Part shown: piece by piece, positions 10,204-19,878 of the stretch | How positions within the stretch are numbered: the stretch's first letter is position 1 | Layout of the letters: each line of letters begins with the position of its first letter | Assembly: GCA_964530625.1 (NCBI GenBank) | Contig: CAZHAK010000002.1 | Coordinates: 106,756-170,755, forward strand | Reading direction: 5' to 3' | DNA: 64,000 bases | Origin: an uncultured Alphaproteobacteria bacterium | GTDB taxonomy: Bacteria; Electryoneota; RPQS01 | The notes under the pieces: model-generated | Told to the model about the DNA's origin: nothing | The model's input: only the letters and a program-made list of their open reading frames with translations | Database searches by the model: none | Translations under genes and position numbers: made by a program

Positions 10204-11856
10204 ATGAAATCGTTTAAATCTATGTTTTTGTGTTTGATGCTGGTGGCGATAAGCGCCAGCACGGCTCAGGCCGCCATAGGCTGGGCTGGCCAGATTTGGC
10301 CGACGAGTGGACAAACCTATTTGCCGACCGATAACATCGGTGTTTATTTGCAAGTTTGGAAGGGCGGGTGTACAGATGCCCCAGGACCGTGTGTGGACGT
10401 CGAGGCATGGCTCTATTACAAGACTTTGAGCGCGGCGAGCTATGACTCGGTACAAATGGTCTTTAACGTACAAATTGGCGCCAACGACGAGTGGACCGCT
10501 ACCATTCCGTCCAGCGCCACAAATGGCGGCGAAGATGAGCTGTTTTACGCTCGTGTGCTTGATTTGTCCGACGGAGTTTGGTACGATGGCGCGCAAGATC
10601 AAGCGAACAACAACCCTCCGTTCACACTTCATATTCAAGACGGCACGTCCCGCGATGTGGACGTTACATTTCGCGTGGACATGAACTGTGTGAATCCTGA
10701 TCTGTTTGCAGGTGGAGTGTTCTTTACGGGTAATTTCCTCGGTTGGAGCACATGCAATCCGTTTGGCGCGATGAGCGATGCTGATAACGACGGCATTTGG
10801 GAAGGCACGTTTACGTTTGCCGGCGGTTCGAACGCGAACATCGAATACAAGTTCCAGCGCAATGATGGCGAGAACTGCAACTGGGAGTGCGGCGGAAACC
10901 GCACGGCGGTGATTGACGACAGCGAGCCAACCCAAACTCTAGACTTGCAGATCTACTGCTGTGAAGTCTGGGGACCGCAGGAAATCTCCGCAGCCGGTTC
11001 GTATTGCGTCAGCCTCTGCTGCTGCTCGAACGAACTGTGGATTCTTTTGAACACTGCTTACAATCCGCCCGTTTTCTCCGACTTTGATTGGGTGAGCGGT
11101 TGTGTGGATTGCGGCAATCCGGATTGCACTCCCGGCAACGGCGATATCATTTATGAGATTCGTCAAGGCGGCGACGGCAACTGGTACCTCGTACTTTGTC
11201 TTGCTCCGGATGCAGGTTTGAATCTTCCTCCGGGCGAAGACGTCTATTCGGGCTGCTTCTGCATTACGATTGACAACATCCTGCCGGTTCAAATGGCTTC
11301 ATTCAGCGCGGTTGGCACGGACAACGCGGTGCGGGTGAATTGGTCAACAGCAACTGAGCAAGCGACGAGTCATTTCGTGCTGGATCGTTCGACGGACATG
11401 TCCAACTGGATCATGGCAACGCAGGTGCAGGCTCGCGGCGAAAGCTCCACGGAGACTCACTACAGCTTCACGGATAACAACGTCGCTGTGGGCACGACCT
11501 ACAACTATCGCTTGACGATTGTGGATATTGACGGCGGCAGCACAGTTCATTCGCAGATTGCCAGTGCCACACCGCGCGATGCGTCTGTCGTGAGTGAATT
11601 CTCGCTTGCGCAAAACTATCCGAATCCGTTCAACCCTGAGACGAACATCAGCTACACGCTGGCGAACGCCGCCAATGTTAGCTTGAAGATCTTCACGGTG
11701 ACGGGTGAGGAAGTGGCGACGCTTGTGGATCGTTCGCAGGAAGCGGGCAGTTTCTCGGTGAGCTTTAATGCTGCTTCGTTGCCGAGCGGAGTGTATTTCT
11801 ATCGTTTGGATGCCGGCAACTTCACGTCAACCCGCAAGATGTTGTTGCTGAAGTAA
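10204..11856 (+). CDS. secreted T9SS cargo protein with CBM20-like starch-binding module, Cys-rich linker, FN3-like domain and type-A T9SS C-terminal sorting domain
   Basis: Signal peptide. VTFRVD...GNFLGWS...IEYKF...WECGGNR pattern. C-terminus ends ...SGVYFYRLDAGNFTSTRKMLLLK. Confidence 0.7.
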   Translation: MKSFKSMFLCLMLVAISASTAQAAIGWAGQIWPTSGQTYLPTDNIGVYLQVWKGGCTDAPGPCVDVEAWLYYKTLSAASYDSVQMVFNVQIGANDEWTATIPSSATNGGEDELFYARVLDLSDGVWYDGAQDQANNNPPFTLHIQDGTSRDVDVTFRVDMNCVNPDLFAGGVFFTGNFLGWSTCNPFGAMSDADNDGIWEGTFTFAGGSNANIEYKFQRNDGENCNWECGGNRTAVIDDSEPTQTLDLQIYCCEVWGPQEISAAGSYCVSLCCCSNELWILLNTAYNPPVFSDFDWVSGCVDCGNPDCTPGNGDIIYEIRQGGDGNWYLVLCLAPDAGLNLPPGEDVYSGCFCITIDNILPVQMASFSAVGTDNAVRVNWSTATEQATSHFVLDRSTDMSNWIMATQVQARGESSTETHYSFTDNNVAVGTTYNYRLTIVDIDGGSTVHSQIASATPRDASVVSEFSLAQNYPNPFNPETNISYTLANAANVSLKIFTVTGEEVATLVDRSQEAGSFSVSFNAASLPSGVYFYRLDAGNFTSTRKMLLLK

Positions 11857-11875
11857 GTCTTAGACAATTCGACTG

Positions 11876-11916
11876 AAAAAAGCGGGCCTTCCGAATGGGG
11901 GGCCCGCTTTAATTTT
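11876..11916. terminator. bidirectional terminator between convergent genes
   Basis: GCGGGCC..GGCCCGC stem flanked by A-run and TTTAATTTT. Confidence 0.6.
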
Positions 11917-11934
11917 GTAAAATGCAGAAGCAGT

Positions 11935-12552
11935 CTATCTTTCGACCAGCGTCAAGGGGCCGCGCTTCATCACACGGTATAGCGTCAACGCATATTCTCT
12001 GTCAATTTGCACTCTGTAAGTTGATCGCCCTTCAAACCATTCCAGCATCGTACCCAGCTTCTGGCGGAAGGAGGTCGGCACAGTGACCGGATCGTTTTCA
12101 GACATGGAGTGGACAATCAATCTGGGACCGTCGTGCCAGCGGATCTCGAAGGTGACGGGAATCTCTCGCTGCAACAGCCGTGGATCCATGTCCATGGCTT
12201 CGCTGACGATTTTCAGAAGAGAATCGGGAAAGCGCGGTTCAAATTCAAGTAATCTCACGCTTTCGACGGCAAAGATCAATGCGGTATCCGGATTAAATTC
12301 ACGGGTCAATTCAGCGACATCGAGCTTGGCAGTTCCTGAGTCTTCAGCAAGCGTCCAGACAAGCGCGTTGCCAAGCCGGATGGTCATTTCCGAAGATTGG
12401 GCGTCGAATACAACGTAGGCTTCGTTACTCTTAATCAATTCGTTGTGCGCAGCCAGAAGTTTCCACTCTTTGACCAGTGAGTCAGGTTGAGCGAAACCGG
12501 TTGCGCTGGCAGCGAACAAAGCAATCGTCAAAACGGAGAGTCTAAAGAACAT
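11935..12552 (-). CDS. hypothetical secreted protein
   Basis: Signal peptide (MFFRLSVLTIALFAASATGFA); alternative start at 12582. Confidence 0.5.
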   Translation of the reverse strand: MFFRLSVLTIALFAASATGFAQPDSLVKEWKLLAAHNELIKSNEAYVVFDAQSSEMTIRLGNALVWTLAEDSGTAKLDVAELTREFNPDTALIFAVESVRLLEFEPRFPDSLLKIVSEAMDMDPRLLQREIPVTFEIRWHDGPRLIVHSMSENDPVTVPTSFRQKLGTMLEWFEGRSTYRVQIDREYALTLYRVMKRGPLTLVER

Positions 12553-13180
12553 AAACACCTGTGCCGATGCGAACACGGTCATAGAAAACTTTGAGATCAG
12601 CCGAACCTAAACGCACACAGCCGTGGCTGACGGACATTCCCAGCAGCCGTTCGTACAGCGTTCCGTGAATGAAGTAGCCGTCTCCGAAACCTAGTGCGTA
12701 ATCGCCCATGACGTTCGGATCGAGGCGGTCAGAATTACTCTTGGGAATAGGTTCGTTTTCTTCAACGAATGCCCAATCCGGTTTGCGCCACCACGGCTCG
12801 ACGATCTTGTTCTTGATGGAAAAGACGCCGGTGGGAGTATGGAACACCCACTTCTTGCCGGTCTTGGGATCGGTTAACTCACCACCTGACCCAGTCGAAC
12901 AAACCGCTTTGAAGTAAACCGAGTCCGTCGTTCTCAAGTAAGCATTGTTCGTGTAAGGATCGATCACAACATAGTTGCTCTTAGGCGAAGCTTTGGCAAT
13001 CTCGCTCTTGAGAAGTCTGACATTCTTGGCGACGGTCTTGACTTCCGGGACGGCCACGATAATGGAGTCAATCGCCGCAATCGCGTCCGGGCGCGGCATC
13101 TGCGCGGGCCTTTCAGCCAAGGCAAATAGCAGACCCACGACAGCTAACAGAGCGACGATGACCATCAGAACAATTTTCAT
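12542..13180 (-). CDS. L,D-transpeptidase (YkuD domain)
   Basis: HGCVRL catalytic motif, signal peptide/TM anchor. Confidence 0.75.
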   Translation of the reverse strand: MKIVLMVIVALLAVVGLLFALAERPAQMPRPDAIAAIDSIIVAVPEVKTVAKNVRLLKSEIAKASPKSNYVVIDPYTNNAYLRTTDSVYFKAVCSTGSGGELTDPKTGKKWVFHTPTGVFSIKNKIVEPWWRKPDWAFVEENEPIPKSNSDRLDPNVMGDYALGFGDGYFIHGTLYERLLGMSVSHGCVRLGSADLKVFYDRVRIGTGVYVL

Positions 13181-14241
13181 TACAGTCCCTCCAATTTACG
13201 AACAATGGTTACGGGAGTGCCCACCTGTGCGATCTTCATGAGTTTCAGCATGTCCTCATCAGCCAGCGCGACACAGCCGTCTGTCCAGTTCTTATTTTGG
13301 CCGCCATGCCCGTGAATCTCGATCAGTTTTCCGATCGCGGCGCGACTGGAGATCCGGCCACTGCGCTTATTCGCGGCGAAACGCTTTTTGTCGTCTTCAT
13401 TGGGATAGTTGAGCAAAAGCGCTTTGTAGTAGCGGCTGGAATGCTTGACTTCGGTTACTCTATATACACCTTCAGGCGTCGCGCCGTCTCCTGCGAACAT
13501 TTTTTGATAGGCAGCATTAAATCCCAAATCACACTTGAAAGTTTTCGTCTTTTTCCCGTCTTCAATCAGGTGCAACTCATGCATCTCTTTGTCAACGATA
13601 AGTGCGATGGATCCGCTGGTGCGGCTCTCGGAAATAGTCCGGGAAACCCAACTTTTGGCGATACGAATCCGTTCTTGGTCATCAATACCGTGGTTATTGA
13701 TTGACTCACGTAGAGCAGCTAAGTGATCGCGGCACTCTTGTCCAGCGTTTAATGCGCCTTCGAGATCTTCTTGCGCAAGCAAACTCATGGCGGTGGCTTG
13801 GCTCATTTGCGCAAGTGACCAAAGTTTTTCGGCGTGATAGAGAGTCAGTTTGTGATCGAGCGACTTGCGCCAGTGGCCCAGGTCTTCCGTCAGGTCCCCT
13901 AACTCGGTTCGTGCACGCGTCAGTGCGACGGCCCGGCGCACATGTGCCGAGTCGTTGGCCTGTTGTGAAAGCGCGCGCGCCAAGGCGATTAAAGAGTCTG
14001 CCGAGTTGTATTTCCGCATGATGGACAGCCGACCTTGTTGGAAGGCCATTTCTTCACGGGCCGTTTGCAGGGCGGCTTCGGCGGCCTCGAGCTCATCCTT
14101 CGCGTATTTTTTCGCGAAGCTTTCACGCAAATTTGACAGTGCGGATTCCGCTCTGACCATATCAGCGAGCGGAGGGGTGTCGCAGCCCAGCCAAAACAAG
14201 GCAAGGGCAATCGGAGCGGCTAGCAACACACGTCGGAGCAT
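13180..14241 (-). CDS. L,D-transpeptidase lipoprotein with N-terminal helical/coiled-coil region
   Basis: Lipobox LFWLGC; YkuD domain with HGHGG...TDGCVAL. Confidence 0.7.
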   Translation of the reverse strand: MLRRVLLAAPIALALFWLGCDTPPLADMVRAESALSNLRESFAKKYAKDELEAAEAALQTAREEMAFQQGRLSIMRKYNSADSLIALARALSQQANDSAHVRRAVALTRARTELGDLTEDLGHWRKSLDHKLTLYHAEKLWSLAQMSQATAMSLLAQEDLEGALNAGQECRDHLAALRESINNHGIDDQERIRIAKSWVSRTISESRTSGSIALIVDKEMHELHLIEDGKKTKTFKCDLGFNAAYQKMFAGDGATPEGVYRVTEVKHSSRYYKALLLNYPNEDDKKRFAANKRSGRISSRAAIGKLIEIHGHGGQNKNWTDGCVALADEDMLKLMKIAQVGTPVTIVRKLEGL

Positions 14242-14290
14242 TCAGTTCAATCTGCTAAGGTTTCTGATTTAAAAGGATTAGAGTGCACAA

Positions 14291-14313
14291 GGAGCCGCAA
14301 AACCTGCGGCTCC
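14291..14313 (-). terminator. hairpin downstream of lipoprotein gene
   Basis: GGAGCCGCAaaaccTGCGGCTCC; weak U-tract. Confidence 0.35.
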
Positions 14314-14355
14314 CTGTTTAACTCGGTCATACCCCGAAGGGTTGCGTCTTCGTAA

Positions 14356-14958
14356 CTACTTTTTCTTGCCCTTGGCCATGTCGGAGGCCTTGGTGATTTC
14401 AGCAGTGATATTTGCGACACGCTGCTGCACCGTTTGGAACTTCGAGCGAGCAGGCAGATATTTGCCCGCGTTGAATTCCTGAACGGCGGAATCAAAGGCG
14501 GCGCGGGCGGCGGACAGGTCGCTCTTGATGAGTTCGATATCAGCCTTGTTGCCTTTACCTACGGGAGCTTTCGCGAGCATAGAATCCGCAGTTGCCAAAG
14601 AGGCCATCAGAGTTTCCTGCAGAGTGGTCAACTCAGTCTTGATGCGCTCCTTTTCGGCGACTGCAGCGCTGGCAGCTTGATTGGCCATTTCCGTGGCCTT
14701 TGCCAGCTGTGCTTTGGCGGCGTCGTACTTGCGGAATAGCGCAAACTTGCCGTCTTGCTCTTTGACGGCGGCCAAGGCGGCATTCAGCGTATCACGCGCA
14801 GCGCCAAAGGCCTGCGAGGCATACTGGTCGGCTTCAGCAGTCTTTGCAGCGGTAAGTGCGGCATTGGCAGCGTCAGCTTCGGCTTTGGGCGGCTCGGCAC
14901 AACCTGCCAAGAACAGCAGGGGGGCGATCCACAGAACGGCAATCAGAGTCTTCTTCAT
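14356..14958 (-). CDS. Ala-rich helical lipoprotein (DUF4398-like)
   Basis: Start at MKKTLIAVLW.. with lipobox LAGC. Long Ala/Lys/Glu-rich helices. ORF extends to 15057. Confidence 0.55.
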   Translation of the reverse strand: MKKTLIAVLWIAPLLFLAGCAEPPKAEADAANAALTAAKTAEADQYASQAFGAARDTLNAALAAVKEQDGKFALFRKYDAAKAQLAKATEMANQAASAAVAEKERIKTELTTLQETLMASLATADSMLAKAPVGKGNKADIELIKSDLSAARAAFDSAVQEFNAGKYLPARSKFQTVQQRVANITAEITKASDMAKGKKK

Positions 14959-15098
14959 GGTGTCCTTCCTTGAACCCGGTTGGAGTGGATTGACACGGAG
15001 TCGTTGCGGCCGGGTAACCTTGGCGGCCCGTGGGCGAACGGTTTCAACGTCCACCAACTAACTAAAGATAATAAAATTTCAACAAAAAAACAGTCTAA

Positions 15099-15716
15099 CT
15101 ATGCAGCGGCGGGTAAAAGGTGGTTACTTAGCATCTGCAACGCCTCTCTCGCGCTGTCGGGCAACGTTTCTTCCGGGAGCATAGAGACACGCTTTCGAAT
15201 CAAGAGAGCGGCAATGCCATGCACGGATCCCCACAAGCCAAGAGCAGCGGAGTCCACGGATGTGCCTTTGAACAAACCGCGCGATTGGCACTCTTTAACA
15301 GTAGTGGTAAGCATCCGAAAAGCTCGCCTACCGTAGCGCCATTCAGCGGTTTCCAGGATTTTGGGCAAAGGAGTGAACAGCATGAACATCAAATCGTAGT
15401 ACTCCGGCTCTGCGAGGGCAAATTCCAGATAGCCTTCGAGGAGCGCCTTCAACCTCTTAACAGGGTCTTTGAGCTTGACACTTTCGCGTTGCCTCACAAA
15501 GAGCTTGCGGAAGCCTTCGTTGTGGAGGTCAAAGAGGATCGCGTCTTTATCCTTAAAATACAGGTAGATAGTAGCCGGGCTATACTCTATCTTTTCTGCA
15601 ATTTTACGGATGGAGACATTTTGGAAGCCGTCTTCGGCGAAGAGGTCTTTTGCAGCTTCCAGAATGTTAGCGCGCATCTCTTGTTTTTCCCGTAATTTAC
15701 GGTCAATAATGGACAC
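15099..15716 (-). CDS. TetR/AcrR family transcriptional regulator
   Basis: N-terminal HTH (SIRKIAEKIEYSPATIYLYFKDK). Confidence 0.8.
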   Translation of the reverse strand: MSIIDRKLREKQEMRANILEAAKDLFAEDGFQNVSIRKIAEKIEYSPATIYLYFKDKDAILFDLHNEGFRKLFVRQRESVKLKDPVKRLKALLEGYLEFALAEPEYYDLMFMLFTPLPKILETAEWRYGRRAFRMLTTTVKECQSRGLFKGTSVDSAALGLWGSVHGIAALLIRKRVSMLPEETLPDSAREALQMLSNHLLPAAA

Positions 15717-15821
15717 GTGACGCTCTGAACAGTGTTTAGTTTAGGGTCATAGTGTACAAAATAAACATAAAGAAAGCAAGTGGTCATCTAATAATTAAGG
15801 AGTTCGCAAGTAAAGACTTAG

Positions 15822-16553
15822 TTGCTTATCTTGTATTTTATGACAAAGAATTATTCCTTTCAGCCTCCAGCTGACCCTACTTTGGGCAGCAGAATCAGTT
15901 TAATTGTGTCTTTGGCGGCGGTGGGATTGTTTCTATTGGTCGCCTTGGCGGGTCTGAGTGCGAGTGGCCTTGCAGGTTCGAGCGACACGGCTATGCATGT
16001 GGTCTTGAGGCTGGACGGAAGTATCGCCGGAGAAATCGAGTCGCGGAACCTGACACCAGAGGGAACCTTAAGACTTGCGTTTGTTGAGCACGGCAGAGAA
16101 GATGATGGGCCGAAGTACGAGTGGTGGCAGCTTGCGGAGCGGGAAGATCGTTCCGGTTATCCGAGAATTGACCCTCAGAGCGGAGGTTCGGGTTTGCCGG
16201 GAGCACGGGGGGAGGATGAAGATCCGGCTTACTACTCAGAATCGGATTACCTAAACCCGGAACTGTCATCACGGATTTTTCAGGAAGAGAAGTATTGGCT
16301 CTTGGATCACCCGACACACAACAGTGGGTTTCGGTTTGAGTCATGGCTGGTCGAGCGAGAGGGACCTAAAGAGATTGTACTTTTGGCCGGAGTGAGCTGG
16401 GGGATTTCAGTCAAAAACGGAGAGATAACAGCACTTCACCACCCACAGGCTATTGCGCGCATGTCCCGGTTTGACTGGCACGAATCTTTGCGCATCAGCG
16501 GCTTTGGAAGCGGCTGGCAGATCAAAAGACCGTCCCGCCTGAAGCTTCCTTAG
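15822..16553 (+). CDS. hypothetical membrane-anchored protein
   Basis: N-terminal TM segment and acidic central region; divergent from TetR. Alternative start 15840. Confidence 0.45.
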   Translation: MLILYFMTKNYSFQPPADPTLGSRISLIVSLAAVGLFLLVALAGLSASGLAGSSDTAMHVVLRLDGSIAGEIESRNLTPEGTLRLAFVEHGREDDGPKYEWWQLAEREDRSGYPRIDPQSGGSGLPGARGEDEDPAYYSESDYLNPELSSRIFQEEKYWLLDHPTHNSGFRFESWLVEREGPKEIVLLAGVSWGISVKNGEITALHHPQAIARMSRFDWHESLRISGFGSGWQIKRPSRLKLP

Positions 16554-16603
16554 AATTATTAGACGACTTTACGCTAATTCTTTCTCTATTCGAGGAATAC
16601 AGC

Positions 16604-17143
16604 ATGAAACTTCTTCTTTTAATAGCCTCTGTGATGTTGCTTTTTCAATTCGCCAACGCGGAACTGAAGGCCAATCCCGCAGGCGGATTTACGTCCACAC
16701 AGATAACGACCCTACCCGGCGAGGCTGGAGAGATTTATGATGCGATGACCGGAGATATTTTGCCGTGGTGGGATCATACTTTTAGTGATGAGCCCATGCG
16801 TCTTACGCTTGAAGCATGGCCGGGAGGCAGGTTTATTGAAGAATTTGACGATGCCGGCAACGGGGCGCTTCACGCCACGGTAATTTATGCTCAACGGCCC
16901 AAGATGATTCGGTTTCAGGGGCCGCTCGGTCTATCCGGGCGAGCCTTAAATTTAGTCGTGACCTACGAGTTTAGCCAAACCGGTGACAGTACGCAGGTCA
17001 AGGTCACGACTGAAATGGAGGGGCAGATTGACGAGGAGTGGGCAAACATTGTGGATGGCGTGTGGAAGCATTTTCTGATTGAAGCCTTTCAGCCCTATAT
17101 CGAGTCGGAAAAGTACAAAAGTAGAGAGAAGACCAAAAAGTGA
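16604..17143 (+). CDS. secreted SRPBCC (Bet v1/AHSA1-like) family protein
   Basis: Signal peptide; length and strand pattern of SRPBCC ligand-binding fold. Confidence 0.45.
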   Translation: MKLLLLIASVMLLFQFANAELKANPAGGFTSTQITTLPGEAGEIYDAMTGDILPWWDHTFSDEPMRLTLEAWPGGRFIEEFDDAGNGALHATVIYAQRPKMIRFQGPLGLSGRALNLVVTYEFSQTGDSTQVKVTTEMEGQIDEEWANIVDGVWKHFLIEAFQPYIESEKYKSREKTKK

Positions 17144-17156
17144 AAATAAGCAAAAA

Positions 17157-17181
17157 GCCCCGGCGAGTGTCGGGGCTTTTT
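17157..17181. terminator. bidirectional terminator
   Basis: AAAAAGCCCCGGCGAGTGTCGGGGCTTTTT. Confidence 0.6.
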
Positions 17182-17198
17182 AATGGTGCAAAGAAACA

Positions 17199-18542
17199 TC
17201 ATTTCAACAGCAGCATTTTCCTGGTAAAGACTTGACCTTGTGTTTCAAGTCGGGCAAAATAAACACCGCTGGAAAGACCCCCTCCATCAAATCTTAACTG
17301 ATGCTGTCCACGATTCAGCGAGCGATTTAACAGCGTCGTGACTTCGCGACCACTCACGTCAAAGACTTTGACAACAGCTTGGCCGGCCTGCGCAAGCGCG
17401 AACGCGATGGTTGTTTCGGGATTAAAGGGATTGGGATAGTTCTGATGAAGAATCGCGACCGCAGGAACGGCGGCGGGAGTTTCATCAGTGGACACAGCTT
17501 GCGTAGTCCAGAAGATGACTTGCCCGCTCATAGTGTACACGGGCGGTGTGTGGCCATTGCTATTGTAATTGCAATCGGGGCAGGTAGAGCCCGAAACACA
17601 ATCGGGGTTGGTCGGTCGGCAATGATTTTCAAAAGGCTCCACGATGGGCAGAACATCGAGTAGCCCCCCGGCGGTGACTTCGAGAAACGGTACATCCCAA
17701 GGATAAACACGATCGCCCGGACACCATCCTGCGCGGTTGAATTGCCATGTGCCGCCCTGCGGACTGCATTCGTTGGATCCGCAGTCGTTGCGCCAAAGGA
17801 GGTGATCATAGACATCAAAGCCGATTTGAACGCCGTGAGTTTTTTGCGAGAATTCGGCGGCGTTATGGGTGTTTCCTTGTCCGTGGCCGGTCGTCCATAG
17901 TCTGACGGTTGCGAATTCGGCTTGGGCAGGGACGTTCACGAAATAGAGCTCCAAATGAGCGTCAATCGGGTCCGACGGATCGCCGTATAGTAGCCCGTTG
18001 AAATTGTAAAGTTGCTCAACCGCAATTGGCCTTAGCGGCATCGGGTTCTCGATGAAATAGAACGTGCAGGTGACGAGCCAGCCTTGATTACCTCCAATCC
18101 AGGTGTCACAAAAACTGTGGAGTGTGACTTCTTCGCGCAAAATGGATTGGTAGTCGAGCATGTCGAAGCGCCACTCACAGGAGCCTGGGCGACCGCTGCC
18201 GGTGATGTCATAGGGAGTGATCACCCGGGCAATTTCGATATCCTCGTGGGTAGAGTCGGTCAAGTCTCTTTGGACAAACAAGCGGGCCGTTCGGTCCCAT
18301 GGATCGCAGTCTCCAGGAGGTCCGGGGCATTCCAAACGGTAAATCATGTAGATTTCACCGAATTCAGTCTGCCACGACGGAAATCCAAAGGTTTCGACGT
18401 TGTCGCGACCACCAGCCGCGAAGTTGTGAAGCTCCTGGACGAACGTCGTGACGATGGTTGTGTCGCCGGGATCCGCCTGAGCAGGTAAGAAAAGTGCCAG
18501 GACAAGAATTGGTAGAAGAATGCGCAACATTAGGTTCCTCAT
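17199..18542 (-). CDS. PNGase F-like N-glycanase with T9SS C-terminal sorting domain
   Basis: CDPWDR...ITPY, WTTGHGQG, NRAGWCPG blocks match PNGase F; signal peptide; CTD ends ...SGVYFARLETQGQVFTRKMLLLK. Confidence 0.6.
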   Translation of the reverse strand: MRNLMLRILLPILVLALFLPAQADPGDTTIVTTFVQELHNFAAGGRDNVETFGFPSWQTEFGEIYMIYRLECPGPPGDCDPWDRTARLFVQRDLTDSTHEDIEIARVITPYDITGSGRPGSCEWRFDMLDYQSILREEVTLHSFCDTWIGGNQGWLVTCTFYFIENPMPLRPIAVEQLYNFNGLLYGDPSDPIDAHLELYFVNVPAQAEFATVRLWTTGHGQGNTHNAAEFSQKTHGVQIGFDVYDHLLWRNDCGSNECSPQGGTWQFNRAGWCPGDRVYPWDVPFLEVTAGGLLDVLPIVEPFENHCRPTNPDCVSGSTCPDCNYNSNGHTPPVYTMSGQVIFWTTQAVSTDETPAAVPAVAILHQNYPNPFNPETTIAFALAQAGQAVVKVFDVSGREVTTLLNRSLNRGQHQLRFDGGGLSSGVYFARLETQGQVFTRKMLLLK

Positions 18543-18687
18543 TAAGTTTAGCCTAATTTAGGCAAGTTAGGACTGGAATACAACAAAGAATTTTGAAGAA
18601 ATATACATAAGAGCAGGGAAATCAGTTGCGAAAGTAAGGGCGGGTTCGTAAATTACCGCAAATCAAGCAAACTAAGGGAGAAATTGC

Positions 18688-19263
18688 ATGAAGGTCTTGA
18701 GTATTTTGATTGTCACCGTTTGCCTCTCGCTTCCGGCTTGGGCGGATTACCCATTGGGTGTGGGGCTGCACGGAGGGTTTGACATGCCCGTGATTCAGAA
18801 TGACATCGGTTCCGGCCCGGTTTTCGGACTGTCGGTCAGAGGGAATATTGTGGGACCGCTTCACGGACAGTTGGTCTTCCGCAGCACGTCTCAGGGCGAC
18901 AGGGAAGAAGACATTGACTTTCCCGGCGAACCGACGCTGACGCTTCCGGGTGGCACGTTGACCGGATTCGGTTTGAACGTACTATTGGCATCGCAGGATC
19001 CAAAGAGTTTTTGGCCTTACTTCCAATTGGGGCTGTCCTCCAACTCGCTTTCTCCGGGAGCCAGCTACAAGGAAGATGAGTCGCTGACAGGAATGAGCGG
19101 CGGATTCGGGGCGGGCATCAATCTTTACGAGCGCAAAGTTTTTCTGGATGTGAACACATCGCTATTGGTAATGCCCATCCACGATGATAAGGCGTCGCGG
19201 AAGAACTGGCAGACGATGTTGGGCGTGCAGTATTTCATTCCGATCAAAGCTAAATCAAATTAA
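18688..19263 (+). CDS. small outer-membrane beta-barrel protein
   Basis: Signal peptide, alternating amphipathic strands, Gly-rich. Confidence 0.5.
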   Translation: MKVLSILIVTVCLSLPAWADYPLGVGLHGGFDMPVIQNDIGSGPVFGLSVRGNIVGPLHGQLVFRSTSQGDREEDIDFPGEPTLTLPGGTLTGFGLNVLLASQDPKSFWPYFQLGLSSNSLSPGASYKEDESLTGMSGGFGAGINLYERKVFLDVNTSLLVMPIHDDKASRKNWQTMLGVQYFIPIKAKSN

Positions 19264-19284
19264 CAGGCGCACAAGGAGAAAAAC

Positions 19285-19860
19285 ATGAAGTTGAAACTTT
19301 GCATACTTGCTGCGCTGTCGTTACTGATGATTAGCGGCTGCGGTTTGGTTTCGGGTACGGCATTTGTGTCACAAGAGGTAGATGAGGACATTTACACGGA
19401 CACCCGGCCGTCGGGAATTCGCGGCGGTAATGGTCACCTCGATGTTACGCGAATGGACAGCATTATCGTGGACTTAACCGACAACGGTGATTGGGACAAG
19501 TTCACTATTGAAGGTGTAGAAGACGGCTGTATCAACATGATCGCCACGAACCACCTCGATCAAGACGTGTCGGGAGAAATCTGGATCGTGCCGGACATCT
19601 CGTTCAACGGAGGCAACAATCCGGATGCCGTAAAAAATGCTCCGGGCGCGTTCCGAGTTTTCCACGGACTTGCCTTGAGCCCGCTTGAGACAAGGCACTT
19701 TCTTTGTTTCGAGACGATCGCACTCTTAGAGAACACCGACAGACTTGTTGAAGTAGTCCGAAGCGGTCAGTTTCAGGCTTGGGGATTGGGCGATCAGAAT
19801 ATCTATTGTTTTTCGCTCACTGGAATCGTTTTTGGTTTCCATGTAACAGGAAGTGTATAA
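19285..19860 (+). CDS. hypothetical lipoprotein
   Basis: Lipobox LMISGC. Confidence 0.5.
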   Translation: MKLKLCILAALSLLMISGCGLVSGTAFVSQEVDEDIYTDTRPSGIRGGNGHLDVTRMDSIIVDLTDNGDWDKFTIEGVEDGCINMIATNHLDQDVSGEIWIVPDISFNGGNNPDAVKNAPGAFRVFHGLALSPLETRHFLCFETIALLENTDRLVEVVRSGQFQAWGLGDQNIYCFSLTGIVFGFHVTGSV

Positions 19861-19878
19861 GGCACTTTTTGCACAGTC

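Noticed and set aside
9704-10207. 167-aa plus-strand ORF spanning the trp leader/promoter region
   Set aside because: AT-rich intergenic sequence with no recognisable protein features; it overlaps the trp leader peptide, terminator and promoter on the other strand, which explain the region better.
10099-10935. 278-aa minus-strand ORF antisense to the T9SS CBM20-like gene
   Set aside because: Arg/His-rich low-complexity translation typical of antisense frames in GC-rich DNA; the sense gene has clear domain content.
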